Source: Pseudogymnoascus verrucosus (Eukaryota). Taken from it: a DNA stretch of 64,000 nt. A program made the position numbers and the translations under genes. A model generated the notes under the pieces. The model had not been told where the DNA came from. It saw only the letters and a program-made list of their open reading frames with translations, and searched no databases. Where the stretch lies: assembly GCA_001662655.1 (NCBI GenBank), contig KV460216.1; one strand, 5' to 3'. Positions 51,601 through 64,000 of the stretch are shown here, one piece after another (the first letter of the stretch is position 1; each line of letters starts with the position of its first letter).

Positions 51601-52493
51601 CAGTTGGGAGTTCCTCTCTAATGCAAACAATCGGTGTATTCTGAGTAATAGTCGTGAACTGTTCTCGCTGATTCTCAAGGACGTCTGAGTCAGGAGAAAG
51701 TATGCCAACGAGCTGTTTATTGGGTTGTCGAAAGGAAACCTTTGCAACGTTGGCTATGATGTTTGCAAAATCGGTCTTGTCACTCCCCCGATGAGGCGTC
51801 CCAAGAAAGATTACGCCCTTTGTGTTGTGGTATATCTCCCCTAGAGACGGGTGCCGGCCATGGCTCTGGTACGCTGCTGACTTTATGAGAGCCTTACCTA
51901 CCATTTAGCTTCTGTTAAATAGCAACTACACAGACCTGATGTAGAATGTAAAAAAGCAACTGACCTCTTTAATTACGAACCCACCAAGGCTATGGCCAAC
52001 AAATAGTATTGGACGGGTCGGTTTGTTTTATCAGCCTTGGTCCATTTATCGTTGTGTCATAGAAGCGCTCCTAGGACACATTTACTTACTTTATCACGGC
52101 GCAGCCTCTCCATATCACCAAGCAATGTTTCTGAGTGGCCGAAGATGCTCTCCTTACTTGCATATTTCAAGGCATTTGCAACACTAGAATCATATCCCCA
52201 GGTAATTATTCGCGCGTTTGGGATATCATTCTTGAGAAAATCTCGAGGCCAACAAACGAGACCCTTAGACCACGTATTGATGGCATGTCCTCGTAATCCA
52301 TGGACGAAAACGATGCTACTGATATTAGTTTATATCATAGATATATGAGGTAGAGAGCTTACTCTGCAACTATTTCGTCTACTCCTTCATGGAGAACGTA
52401 GGTTCCCAGCGGAGCCTTGTCAAATGACTCTGCTTTTGAGTCCTCAGTTGGATCAGATTTTGATTTCTTCGAAAATAGGTTTCGAAGTTTCAT
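48673..52493 (-). CDS. Fungal NLR-like protein: SesB-like alpha/beta hydrolase + NACHT NTPase + degenerate ankyrin-like C-terminus, about 7 exons
   Basis: DIVFVHGL, WPRDFL, ARIITWGYD, FVGHSLGG, VIFLGTPHRGS, ANHMDMTKF; Walker A WVSGKAGSGKST, Walker B CIFADGLDE, KICLSSR, AQGVFLWVRLV, FMHQTVKEF; LLLSLGADTN and MLRHGANP. Confidence 0.92.
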
Positions 52494-52822
52494 CTTTAGT
52501 AACAATAGTGGGCATGTGGACAGTATGTCCTGGTGTTAAAGATTTGGTTCAAGATTGAACAGATACCCCTCTCGGATGGTGATGTTTTTGTGGCCTTGGG
52601 TTATATGCACGTTAACTTTTACGTAATCACTAGGCGTTGCACCCATGCATAACGTTGCTTTTTTCGGCTCATTTGATGTTGTAATATTTCTAGTTAAGAG
52701 GGTTTGGGTTTGATTTTGATTTTTTAGTGCCCTGGGCCTATTAGTTGGCGGGTGCAACTGTTGTATGGATGGGACCGACTATCTGATAAGAATCTCATGT
52801 GGTTAGCCGGAACCACCTCAGT

Positions 52823-53248
52823 TTATGACATATGCGGCGATTTAGAGTTTCGGCGTGATAGTTTAACAGCATTTTGCGAAGCAGCGCGGTTTCTCCTAGA
52901 CTCTCTAAAATACAAGTAACCGAAGAGAAGAAGATATGAAGGGAGCAAATACTGTAAAATGCATCCCTCGAGGGCGACTTCCGGGGATATTACAGTCGCT
53001 GCCATCATCCAAGGAGCCAAATACAGCGCAGAGAAGGAGAGGGGCAATTAATACTGTGATAAGGGGGTTGAAAATGCATGGAGATTGAAGACCTGATACC
53101 GAGATCGTTCGTGTCTGGAGTTTTGAGTTAGTTCCCTAAACACCGGCGCTATTCGGTGAGCGATTATAATGATAATCTGCGGAGAGAAAATGAAAAGAAA
53201 ACCTCTTGCTGGCTCAATTTTCAGAAATACTACATGAAGCAATACCAT
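52823..53248 (-). pseudogene. Possible small membrane-protein gene interrupted by one in-frame TAA
   Basis: ORFs 53048-53248 and 52823-53047 are contiguous in the same frame and both are hydrophobic. Confidence 0.2.
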
Positions 53249-53734
53249 CTTTGCCTAAACACTAAAATAGCTTGAAATAATGGTTCTTGGATGAGTAGAT
53301 GTGCGATATTCGCTAGTAAAATACTAGCGAATATGAAATATAATAACAAACAACAAATTAAAGCGATAAAATAAGGAAACATTAATATTTAAGCATTATG
53401 CCAGAATTACAACTGCCTACAACGAAATAAATACTTCACTACCCGAGCAGACACAACGGCCTAGACTAGAACTAGAGATAGTGAGGCAGTCGTACAGATC
53501 ATGTTTGGTTCTCCCTAAAGATAGTTATGGAGCCAAAAAATAAAATAACATAAAACATACAACAGTAGGTATTCGCTGGTGGCCACTCACCCAACCACTA
53601 ATATACCGATCTCAAGTAATGCTCTCTAGATAATAGTTAAATTGATGCCATCTAGCCTAGTGAATGAGCCTCGCGGCCCGGACCTGTATCATGCTTCTAT
53701 GAAATTGAAATACCTGCAGGCATCTGTTCAAACT

Positions 53735-55349
53735 CTACACGCTACAGAGGCTAGGTATCTTCTTTGCTCCCTGACCTGCAAGCCCGTCAAAATACGCAAT
53801 AAGTATATCGGCCCGGACCATATCCAAGACCCCAAGCGTCGGGTTGCTACTTTTCAGCACCTGCCCACCCCACAACACTCTGACGTAGTATTGCTGGTCC
53901 TTCTTGCCCTTATAAAGCTCGAATACCACCTCACTGCCCATACCTGGCCACACCATCTTCTCGATCTGCAAGATGCTCAACAACCGACTAACGCTTCCGT
54001 CGTGAGCGACATTGTGTCGGTATTTCATGCCACTACTCTTCTTCTTGCTACCGTTACTCGCTGAGTCAGTTGCATGCATCGCATCTCGTAAATTCTGCGC
54101 CAGCTCCGCAATCCAGATACCGTAACTAGCAGCAGTATACTCCAGTGTGCGTGCCCCGGCGTCACGGTAGAGGTAACTGTACTCGTACTGCCCCAAACGA
54201 AAGACTTCCTCCGCCATCTTCTGCGTAACGCAGAGAGACGGGTTGCTGATACTGCAAGGCAGCGGCTTCGCGTGACAGAGTCTCGCAGACAGATTGTCGA
54301 AGTAATGGTCAAAGGACATGTGGAATCCTGAATCCGTAGGCGAGACACCAGAAATGGCATCCAGATTCGCGTATAGGTCAGAGGCGGCTTTCAGATGAGC
54401 AGTCCAGCCTGGATCGCTGCTCCCGGCGCCATACGATGAGAACTTGTTACTCGCTGATGAGCAGGAGTATGCGGGCTCGAGACTGTCGATGTTCGAGGGT
54501 TGGATTAGCAAGGGTACGTTCTCATGCTCTTCGCCGCGAAACATGCCTGATACAAGCATGCTGGCGACCTGGGAAGTGATGACATTGTTCGTGACGCGGA
54601 AACTGACGACTTTTGGATCGTATTTCTTGGGGAGGAACCCGAGTAGGTCGTGGTAGACGTCGTATAGATCTTTGCCATGCTGCCAGCTGTCGTCGAGCCC
54701 TTCGCGGGTGATCTGTGGGAATTGACATGTTCCGTTAAATCCCCGTGGTGCCAAAGGGTTAGATGTGGAGGTGTAGACGCTCCAGTAGGTGTTGGCAGCT
54801 TGATTGGCACCGTGAGTAGGTAAGGGGGCGCCGGCGTAGAAGAGGCCTTCGTCGTCGCAGTACCATGGATAGGACTCGACTGGGAAGGTGTTGGAGGCGT
54901 AAGGAGTGCGCTTGTGATGTCGGTGGATTACTTCGACGTATTCGAGAGCATACGAAGAATTCACCTTTGGATACTCGGTGCGCCTGACATGGGGCATGTT
55001 GCACCAATTGTACGTTCCTAAGTAAATGTGAGCAACCGAAATTTGAGAATAGGACGGGGATCACAGTACCATATGGTGTTCCCTGTGGTAGCGTAGAAGA
55101 ATTGAAAATGAAGCCATAGATTCCTGTCCCATTGATCGCTGAACTGAGGCTGTTGATATTGGAGGAAATTGGCGCATGCCAGCTTAGATCCACTGATATA
55201 GCCATATCTGCAGCCTGAGTACCAGATGGACTTGAGGTGATAGAGAAGCTGCCTGTTAATTCAAAGAATCGTGTTAATACATAGTAGCCTACCAGTATCA
55301 AGGCAATCAGCCAGATAAAGGTATTTCGTCGAGGGGTAATCCCATTCAT
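53735..55349 (-). CDS. Histidine acid phosphatase (branch 2) with an N-terminal membrane anchor, 2 exons
   Basis: RHHKRTP (RHGxRxP variant), AHDG proton-donor motif, YNWCNMPHVR; short intron near 55016-55066. Confidence 0.9.
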
Positions 55350-55586
55350 GAAGATGTTGAGATTGAATCCACGTGCCGCGAGGCTGTCGCTGAGTGGTTA
55401 AACCATTGTGATAACAAGTCCCGATAGATGTCAACTTAAAATGGCGGTGCACGGGCCGCAACCGGAACGCGACGCCAAGAAAAGCGATCATCGCTCCAAC
55501 TTCAAGCTTCCCGAAATCTCGAGATCCTCACAAAACCACCCAATCCCAATCCCCACCAGAACCCAACCCCTTCACAAACCGCAAAA

Positions 55587-56585
55587 ATGGGCTGGTTCTG
55601 GGGCGCCACCGCAGACGACAAGAAGTCCTCCACTGACCCCCTCCGCGACCTCGACCCCAGTCTGCAAGCCTTCCTCAAAAAAGAATCCCCCGTCCAATAC
55701 TCGCCCACCACACCCCCTCCAACACAACCCCAAGCGCAGCAACAACCCACCGAACCCACCTCAACCACCTCCTCCTCCGAACCCCCCGCCGACCCCGCCG
55801 CCCCCCCCACCCTCTTCAAAGACAACCGCTACGCCCACCTCTGGAAAACCTACACCCCCCAATCCGCCATCGAAGCAGCCACCAAATCCGACTCCGAGAA
55901 GATCGCCGACGTCCTCGAGGGCTACAAGTACCGCAAGGCCGAGATCGGGCGCGCGGCGCTCGAGAACTGCGCGCTGGAGCAGTGGGAGGTGAATGAGTGT
56001 TTCTCGAATGGCGGGGTGAAGGCGCGTCTCACGATGTGTAGGACGGAGAATAAGAGTCTGGAGCGGTGCGTGGAGATGCAGCAGAAGTTCTTGAAGGCGC
56101 TGGGGTACTTGAGTACGTTTGATAGGGGGAAGGATGTCGATGAGAGGATTCAGATGCATGCTGATACGCTGTATCATCGTATGTTGGCGCAGGAGAAGGC
56201 GGTGCAGGAGGCGGAGAAAGAGGGGAAGGAGATGCCGAAGTTCGAGCCGCTGCTGGGAAAGGGCGGGAGTTCGGTTACGGCGATTACTCCTGCGGAGGCG
56301 GCGGCGGCGAAGGAGCAGGTGCCGGAGATACCGAAGACGAGCCCGCTGTCGAAACTACCGCTGGATATCCAGGCGCAGATTAAGGAGAAGTTGGAGGGAT
56401 TGACGGGGATCGAGCGGGAGTTGCAGGAGAAGGCTTTGGCGGCGGAAGTGTCGGCTGGGCAGGAGGTGAAGGCGAATTTGAAGGATATTTATAAGGATTC
56501 GAATGCGGAGAGGCAGAAGAGGGTGGAGGAGGGGAATGAGACGATTGTGGACCGGGTTTCGTCGATTTTGGGGGGTTGGAAGTAA
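55587..56585 (+). CDS. Conserved fungal protein with a twin CX9C motif
   Basis: 332-aa ORF with C-ALEQWEVNE-C and C-RTENKSLER-C; N-terminus MGWFWG...DPLRDLDPSL. Confidence 0.8.
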   Translation: MGWFWGATADDKKSSTDPLRDLDPSLQAFLKKESPVQYSPTTPPPTQPQAQQQPTEPTSTTSSSEPPADPAAPPTLFKDNRYAHLWKTYTPQSAIEAATKSDSEKIADVLEGYKYRKAEIGRAALENCALEQWEVNECFSNGGVKARLTMCRTENKSLERCVEMQQKFLKALGYLSTFDRGKDVDERIQMHADTLYHRMLAQEKAVQEAEKEGKEMPKFEPLLGKGGSSVTAITPAEAAAAKEQVPEIPKTSPLSKLPLDIQAQIKEKLEGLTGIERELQEKALAAEVSAGQEVKANLKDIYKDSNAERQKRVEEGNETIVDRVSSILGGWK

Positions 56586-56978
56586 GGATGGGAAAGATGT
56601 ATGATAGAGTGGTGGATAGGAAGGCGCGATGCTCTGTATGATTGGGATGGGATGTAGTGTACGAAAGGGGGAGTTGGATCTGAGCGCTGCTATTTATGTG
56701 TACAAATAAGGAAAATATACCGGCCAAACATCCTCGTGCTCCAACCTCGATATGCCGTGTCTGAGCTCCGCGTATCATGCACCTCGCCATGTAGATTCAC
56801 TCATTCATTGCCAAACGTAGCCTCAACAGAAACACATATCTCGAATAAACAATGATACAGACAATGCTCTATTAAACAATAGCCTGCCACCTGCCACCAC
56901 AGACAACAATCACGCCTCCCCTCCCACCTACTCCCTCATTTTGCAATTCAATTCAATTCTAAACCCTTTAACCCCCAA

Positions 56979-58262
<1,284 letters not shown>

Positions 58263-59141
58263 CTATCTATCTACTACCACGCTGTAATGAAGTGTAAATA
58301 GTATCTCAAGCAAGAATCTCAATTCTAATCGTCGTCAAAGCAGAACCTCAAAGATGTTGTCAAAGTAGTAATTAGTTGTTGAGTGATGAACCCGTCGCGG
58401 TGTTGTTATAGCGGGGCAAGGCCGCCAACCCAACCAGCGATGATGACAGAGACGATTGAGGGGAGAGGGGGCAGAGCTGAGAGCTGACGCGAAACATGCG
58501 GGGTCCCTCTCTCGTTTTACCCACTACCGCACCGCCGCATCCACCATCCAACATCCACACCACAGCCGCGACTGACAGCCAACCATCCGTGCATACTCTG
58601 AAACGAGAAACATGGAATTGGCAATGGAAGGGCAGGGCGGGGTGTTTGATCTGCTGTGCGGTGTCGCAGTGATGGGAGGGGGGGGTTATGCCTTTGTAGT
58701 GGTGGAACTTGGGATTCATGAGTGGCAGGGCTGAGTTATATGACCAGGTATCCTTATCTATAGGACCCTTATATAGAGGTTTCACTATAAATATACAGTA
58801 ATAGAGTAATACAATAATAGTCATAATAGTCATGATTGTGTACAATTCAATTCGAGATAATCCACATCTCCAATTCCACAAAATCCCCTTTATGATACAA
58901 CAGCCGTACTCCATACAAAAAAAGACGCCAGTACAGTTATCCTACCCCCCCCCACCGAAAACAAACCCACCCCCCTTTCATCCGCGCTATGCTCGCTATG
59001 CTTTATGTACTATACGCATGGGTATGTCCTCTCCCCTCAGTCAAGACGCTCGACCCAACGACCGAGTTATTTTTATATCCTAATCCCTCCCAATCCCTTC
59101 GCTGAATGCATGAACCACCACCCCCATCCCCCATCCACAGC

Positions 59142-62100
59142 TTACGCAGCACTCCCCCTTCCCCTCCTCTCAGCCGCATAAAGCTCCGCCTTAAAATCCC
59201 ACACCATCTCCTCCATCTGCATCGCCTCCCCCCTCGACACCGTCCCCGTCCTCAACCCCTCCATCAGCTCCTTGAACATCGCCACCGCCGTCGCGCCCGT
59301 GAAGCCCTTCTTCGCCGCATCGTCATCGGCCTCATCCTCAGCGACTTCAGGCTCTATAATAACGACTTCAGGCTCCGCAGCAGCAACAGAAACAGACGAC
59401 TCGCGCACCTCTGCCATCCCATCCCAGATCTGCGCCTCGGCCTCGTCGTCGGACGCCACGCCCTCCCGTTGCGCCTCGGTCACGCCTCCCTCCCCAGCAC
59501 CGTGCATACTGACATCCTCCGCCTCTTCTCCCTTCACATCGGTGCCCACAAACGAGTCCTCCACCATCTCCCCAGACGCGGTGTCAAGATCCAAATTCAA
59601 ATTCAAGTCTAGATCCACCGACTTCCCCCTCATCACCTGACTATCCGTCTCTTCTTCATCCTCAACCACAGCGCGGCTCCTCCTCCTCCGCTGTCCAAGA
59701 TCGCTCTCCTCCCACTTCGCCGTGGATGTCCTCTCGCGACGAGAGCGGCGGCTGCGGGGCGTGGTATCAACAGTTATCAACTCAGCGTCATCTCTCTCAG
59801 GTTCAGCGGCAAGTTGACTATCCTCCACCTGCTCCCCTACTTCTTCAACGCGTTGCCTCTTCGCGCTCTGCGACCTCATCACCACATCCTCATCTTCTTC
59901 CTCACCATGCGGTGACTTCCTCCTCCTCGTCTCAGTAGCTTTCGTAGGCGTCTCAGGGATTGTACTCGAGATCTCGCGTTTCCTAACACGCGATCTCGTG
60001 CGCGCGGGTATACTCCCCTCCTCCTCCACTTCCTCCTCCTGCTGCTCCGGCACAGCTGGTTCCTCAGACACAGCAGCAGCGCGAGTCAGCTTATCAGAGC
60101 TACGCATCGATCGCATAGACCGCGGCGCCTGGACGACGGGGGTAGATTCCTTCTCCGCAGCCGCAGCAGCGCGGCGACGTTTTCGGGTTTTCCGAGTCTC
60201 GGGCTCGGGAGCGGGAGAGGGTTGGGGGGAGGCGGTGTAGGCGGTGTGATCAAAGCCGGTGGAGGGAGTGAGGCTGAATCGACTGCGTGTGGTTGGTGGT
60301 GCATCCGCCTCTGCGCGGGTCTCGTCCTGCTCGACAGCCGGTGCAACGCTCTCATCTGCGACAGAAACAGACGCACTCGTCCCACGGCTCACATCCCCGT
60401 TTGAGCCTGTCCGGTTACGACGGCGTCTCTTGCGTCGTCCACTTGACTGTGTGCTAGGTAGATCGGCTTGTGCCTCGAGTAGAGGTGAGGACTGCGCGTC
60501 AACAAAGACCTCGTCGGTCGTCAAATCGTCGCGCTCGCGGATGGCGTCAAGATTTGACAGCGCATCCGAGAATGTCGATTCATGCGTAATTTGCTCGCCT
60601 TGCTCCGCTGGCTCCACGTTATGGGGTAGAGGAAGCGCTTGCATCAAAACAGACTCGCTATCACTCCTCCCATCCTCCTCTCCACCCACCACCTCCGGCA
60701 GCCCAAGCGCATGCTGCTCAAGCAACAACGAATCAATCGATCCAAATGACGTAACATTCCAGAACTCATCACTCGCCGACGGCCCACCCTCTGCCTCCCC
60801 CTTCGGCGGCGAACTCGGCACATCCCCCTCCTCCTCCTTCCCTAGCAACCCCTCGGTGCTCGTCTCCCGTCTCGGCGTAGGGGATGAGGTAATGAAATCA
60901 TCCTCTCTCTCTCCTACACGACTAACACTCGGCGTCCCCCACGTCGTGCCCTCAGTCACTGGTAGATCAGAGCTAAGCGCCAATCTCTCCCCAGAGCGCC
61001 TCGTCTTCATCCTAGGGCTCTTTCGGAGGTCAGGGAACATAGCTGCGGCTTCATTCTGCTGTCTCTCCTTGACTTCGCGCTGGTGATCGGTTAAGAGCTG
61101 CGAGTCTTCAGCTGTAGGTGAAGATTCGATGGCTGCGAATTGGATCTGCGAATCGTCGTGTCGGAGTCGCGGGGTGGTATCTCTCTTCTTCTTCTCACCG
61201 AGTTTCGACGCGCGGGTGGAGAAGCGCTTCTTGGATGCAGATTTAGATAGTTCGATGCTGGGGTGAGGGGATTTCGCCTTTCGGTGTGAAGCAAGGGGCG
61301 AGGATTCAAGGTAGGGTGTTACACCGCGGCTGGCCGGGCGGCTGGAACAGCGGAATGAGAGAGCTTGGCTGTCTGAATCGGAGTCGATGAATTGGGGACC
61401 ACTGGGTGTGGCAGCCTCGTCGTATGCTGCTGGGAAGGTTGGGAGTTTGAGGTCAGCAACCGGGCGTAAACGGGCTAGTGCTTTCGCGACGTCGGGAGGG
61501 TAGGTGAGTGTAGATTGAGTGCCAAAGGTTGCATTCCAGAGGGTGATAGCGGAATTGGCGATGGGTTTGCGTTTGCTGTTCAGGCCTGCGGATAGGAGGG
61601 CTTCCAGCTTGGAGAGGGGAATAGTGCTGTCTACTCCTGAGTCCGCCCCTGAGATCGTAGTCGATGCCTGGGAGCGGATTGCTTCCCAGAGAGCTGTAAC
61701 AGCCTTCCCAGTCGAACTCCTCGATTTCACAGCCCCATTCACATCCTGTATCCAACACCCACCACCACTCCCGATCGCAGCGAACAAATCCAGTGAATTC
61801 GTCCCAGGACACCGTTCAATCAAAACAGTAACACTAGTTAGCAGCGCATCCGCACCAATCGCGTCTTTGCTACACTCCTCATAGCACTTCTCCAGATACA
61901 CATTAACAGTACCATAAAGATACTTATAAGGATCCGTAGTAGCAGGCTTAGGACTGTTCGTCGACGCGCCCCATAACCTCCTCCGCGCAGCCTCAAGCGA
62001 CTGCGCGTCAACGGGGTAACACGCATCGCCCACGAGCACCGCACACATGCCCGCAAGGGCGCGCACATCTGTGCGACCCAATTGATCGCCCAGACACCTC

Positions 62101-64000
62101 GCCAGCGGATCAACAAGACACAGCGCATGCCCGCCATCGCCGACTTCAGCCCTGATATAGCTCGAGGCAGCGCGGAATAGGGTTTCCAGGTGCGGAATCC
62201 CCTCTAACACGACAGTAGTAAGGCCGTACTCGAGGACCCGAACAATGCCGCGAAGGACATCGCCTTCTTGCGGTTTATTAGCGCTAGAGCTGGGTGTATG
62301 GCTGTGTCCATCATCGGCGCCCTCGGTGATGGCTCCAGCGAGCATATCAGCAAGAACGGACCATACCGTCTCAGAAGGAGAGACGTCAGACCCGCGCACT
62401 GCTTCGGGGAGGCACTGCACTAGATCCTGGCAGAACTCGAAGCGTGACGTGCGCGAAGTCCGGGCCTCGTAAAAAGGGTTGAGGATAGCGCGAACGGCGG
62501 CCTTGTAGGTAGTGCTGCACTGGAGGTCCGATGCTGCTTCGACAAGGAGGAGGATGAGGTATTGGAGTGGTGATTTAATTGTTTTCGGGAGGCGGTGAGA
62601 GGATGGCGTGGCGACGGCTAGGAAGGCGTTTTGTTCGGTAATGGAGAGCTTTTTCTCGGTGAAGGGTAGCATGCCGAGGATACTCACGCTCTCGGTTATG
62701 AGGTACACCATGCCGTCGAGGTAGGCTGCTGAATCCATAGTTTCGCGCTGCGTAGCTGGCTGAGGACCCTTCTGCCAGAATCTGCGTAGCATAGTGAAGA
62801 TCCGTGCTACGCATTCCATGGTTTCATTAGAGACTTTAATCTCCTTAGCCCCCGCAGCAGCAACAGTCATCAAGAAGCTCCTCCACAACTCCGTAGCAGG
62901 GCTCTGTGCCTTCCCGAGATCGGCGAATCGTTGCTCGAGAAGCTGCTCCATGACGTCTAGGACAGGCACGCAGTTCTTGCGCACCCACTTCGAGTCGAGG
63001 GATGGGAGCTCGCTGGGCTTGACTAGTTCAGCGGCCATGGCGCGGTCTTGTTTCCATGGCGTGGCAGATGATTGCGTTGAAGGCTCGAGTAGCGAGTGTA
63101 GGATCTCAATTGCCTGCTCCACGCCATCCAACCCTGGTGTTCCTTTATCCGCGCCTTGCTCTGTGGTGGTAGTTGCCAACTTCCCAACTAGCGGAACGAC
63201 GTAAGAATCCCAGTATAAACTCAGCTGCGCATGTGACGCAGCAGGATTCAGAGTATAATACAGCAGATTGCAAATACTGCTAATAGTAACCTGAAACATC
63301 TCCTTCCCCTGCTTACTACTATTCTTGCGGTTGAGCTGCCCAATAAACGGCTGATGCAGCATCTTGATGAAGCGGGGATTTGTCTTCTCGTCAGGTCGGA
63401 TGGCAAAGACGAGTCTGTTCCAGGCGAAGTTGGCTTCGCGCTTGACTTCAGGGTCGCCGCTGTTGAAGCACTTTTGGAGGGTTTGGAACCACGGGGTCAT
63501 GAATTCCCAGTGCTCTAGTTGTGATGGGCGTGAACGGAGGGATAGGGTGACCACGCTCCATATCTGCGGTACGGATGGCACATCTTGCTTGGTTTGGATG
63601 GCGGTATTAAGACGGCTGGCATAGTAGTTTCCGTACTTCCCCCCTTTCTCGTGAGGTGCTTGGAACAACTCCACCACAGCCCGGGATACCTTTAATTGCG
63701 TCCCAAACTGCAGCGCTGCTTCGAATCCGAATGCAATGACCGGGTTGCGAACTTCTTTGACGCTAACAAGCATATCCTCAAACATATCCTTAAGCCAGTC
63801 ATTATTCGCAACCAAAGCTGGCTTCGCCTGCTTCAAAAGCTTCCTGTATATCCCCAGCCGTCCAAGCACAATGCTCTTCCCCCTAACATGCTCGGCGATT
63901 TCGTGTGTAGCCTTGAGCACCCGCGCCGCTCGGTCGGGCGTCATGATCTTCGGCGGGAAATTCTGTTGTCCAACCACAAACATGAGGTGCTTCGCAACAT
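59142..64000 (-). CDS. RIF1: Rif1 telomere/replication-timing regulator, 5' end outside the window
   Basis: Helical-repeat Rif1_N-like region (LQKCFNSGD...ANFAWNRLVFAI, ISSICNLLYY), LWNATFG...LTYP, TPRLRHDDSQIQFAAIESSP, and a long disordered tail. Confidence 0.88.
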   Translation of the reverse strand, partial: VAKHLMFVVGQQNFPPKIMTPDRAARVLKATHEIAEHVRGKSIVLGRLGIYRKLLKQAKPALVANNDWLKDMFEDMLVSVKEVRNPVIAFGFEAALQFGTQLKVSRAVVELFQAPHEKGGKYGNYYASRLNTAIQTKQDVPSVPQIWSVVTLSLRSRPSQLEHWEFMTPWFQTLQKCFNSGDPEVKREANFAWNRLVFAIRPDEKTNPRFIKMLHQPFIGQLNRKNSSKQGKEMFQVTISSICNLLYYTLNPAASHAQLSLYWDSYVVPLVGKLATTTTEQGADKGTPGLDGVEQAIEILHSLLEPSTQSSATPWKQDRAMAAELVKPSELPSLDSKWVRKNCVPVLDVMEQLLEQRFADLGKAQSPATELWRSFLMTVAAAGAKEIKVSNETMECVARIFTMLRRFWQKGPQPATQRETMDSAAYLDGMVYLITESVSILGMLPFTEKKLSITEQNAFLAVATPSSHRLPKTIKSPLQYLILLLVEAASDLQCSTTYKAAVRAILNPFYEARTSRTSRFEFCQDLVQCLPEAVRGSDVSPSETVWSVLADMLAGAITEGADDGHSHTPSSSANKPQEGDVLRGIVRVLEYGLTTVVLEGIPHLETLFRAASSYIRAEVGDGGHALCLVDPLARCLGDQLGRTDVRALAGMCAVLVGDACYPVDAQSLEAARRRLWGASTNSPKPATTDPYKYLYGTVNVYLEKCYEECSKDAIGADALLTSVTVLIERCPGTNSLDLFAAIGSGGGCWIQDVNGAVKSRSSTGKAVTALWEAIRSQASTTISGADSGVDSTIPLSKLEALLSAGLNSKRKPIANSAITLWNATFGTQSTLTYPPDVAKALARLRPVADLKLPTFPAAYDEAATPSGPQFIDSDSDSQALSFRCSSRPASRGVTPYLESSPLASHRKAKSPHPSIELSKSASKKRFSTRASKLGEKKKRDTTPRLRHDDSQIQFAAIESSPTAEDSQLLTDHQREVKERQQNEAAAMFPDLRKSPRMKTRRSGERLALSSDLPVTEGTTWGTPSVSRVGEREDDFITSSPTPRRETSTEGLLGKEEEGDVPSSPPKGEAEGGPSASDEFWNVTSFGSIDSLLLEQHALGLPEVVGGEEDGRSDSESVLMQALPLPHNVEPAEQGEQITHESTFSDALSNLDAIRERDDLTTDEVFVDAQSSPLLEAQADLPSTQSSGRRKRRRRNRTGSNGDVSRGTSASVSVADESVAPAVEQDETRAEADAPPTTRSRFSLTPSTGFDHTAYTASPQPSPAPEPETRKTRKRRRAAAAAEKESTPVVQAPRSMRSMRSSDKLTRAAAVSEEPAVPEQQEEEVEEEGSIPARTRSRVRKREISSTIPETPTKATETRRRKSPHGEEEDEDVVMRSQSAKRQRVEEVGEQVEDSQLAAEPERDDAELITVDTTPRSRRSRRERTSTAKWEESDLGQRRRRSRAVVEDEEETDSQVMRGKSVDLDLNLNLDLDTASGEMVEDSFVGTDVKGEEAEDVSMHGAGEGGVTEAQREGVASDDEAEAQIWDGMAEVRESSVSVAAAEPEVVIIEPEVAEDEADDDAAKKGFTGATAVAMFKELMEGLRTGTVSRGEAMQMEEMVWDFKAELYAAERRGRGSAA

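Overview
Gene-dense genomic DNA from a filamentous ascomycete, with short GT-AG introns and CT(A/G)AC branch sites; the gene style suggests a Leotiomycete such as Pseudogymnoascus (inference). The flanks carry conserved genes: DHA1-type MFS transporter, Atg28-like, DUF1748, pyruvate kinase, a secreted FAD oxidoreductase, a ceruloplasmin-like cupredoxin, Tgl4-like lipase, DCAF7-like WD40, Cab4, Spt5, quinone oxidoreductase, histidine phosphatase, a twin-CX9C protein, glucose-6-phosphate 1-epimerase and a partial Rif1. Between about 39 and 53.5 kb lies a visibly more AT-rich, accessory-looking block. It holds the best candidate for an undescribed system: four intact and one frameshifted co-oriented small genes that start Met-Cys and carry a Cys/His pattern (three share exactly MC-x9-C-x-H-R-x7-C-x(15-25)-C-x13-C-x2-C). 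Three have an intron just after the stop codon, and the array lies directly beside a SesB-hydrolase/NACHT NLR-like gene. Also notable are two alternative terminal exons for pyruvate kinase, two introns ending in CG instead of AG (one before the NLR catalytic-serine exon), and a two-domain ceruloplasmin-like protein with remodelled copper ligands. No RNA genes, CRISPR arrays or recognisable transposons were seen. All family calls are from motif recognition, not database searches.
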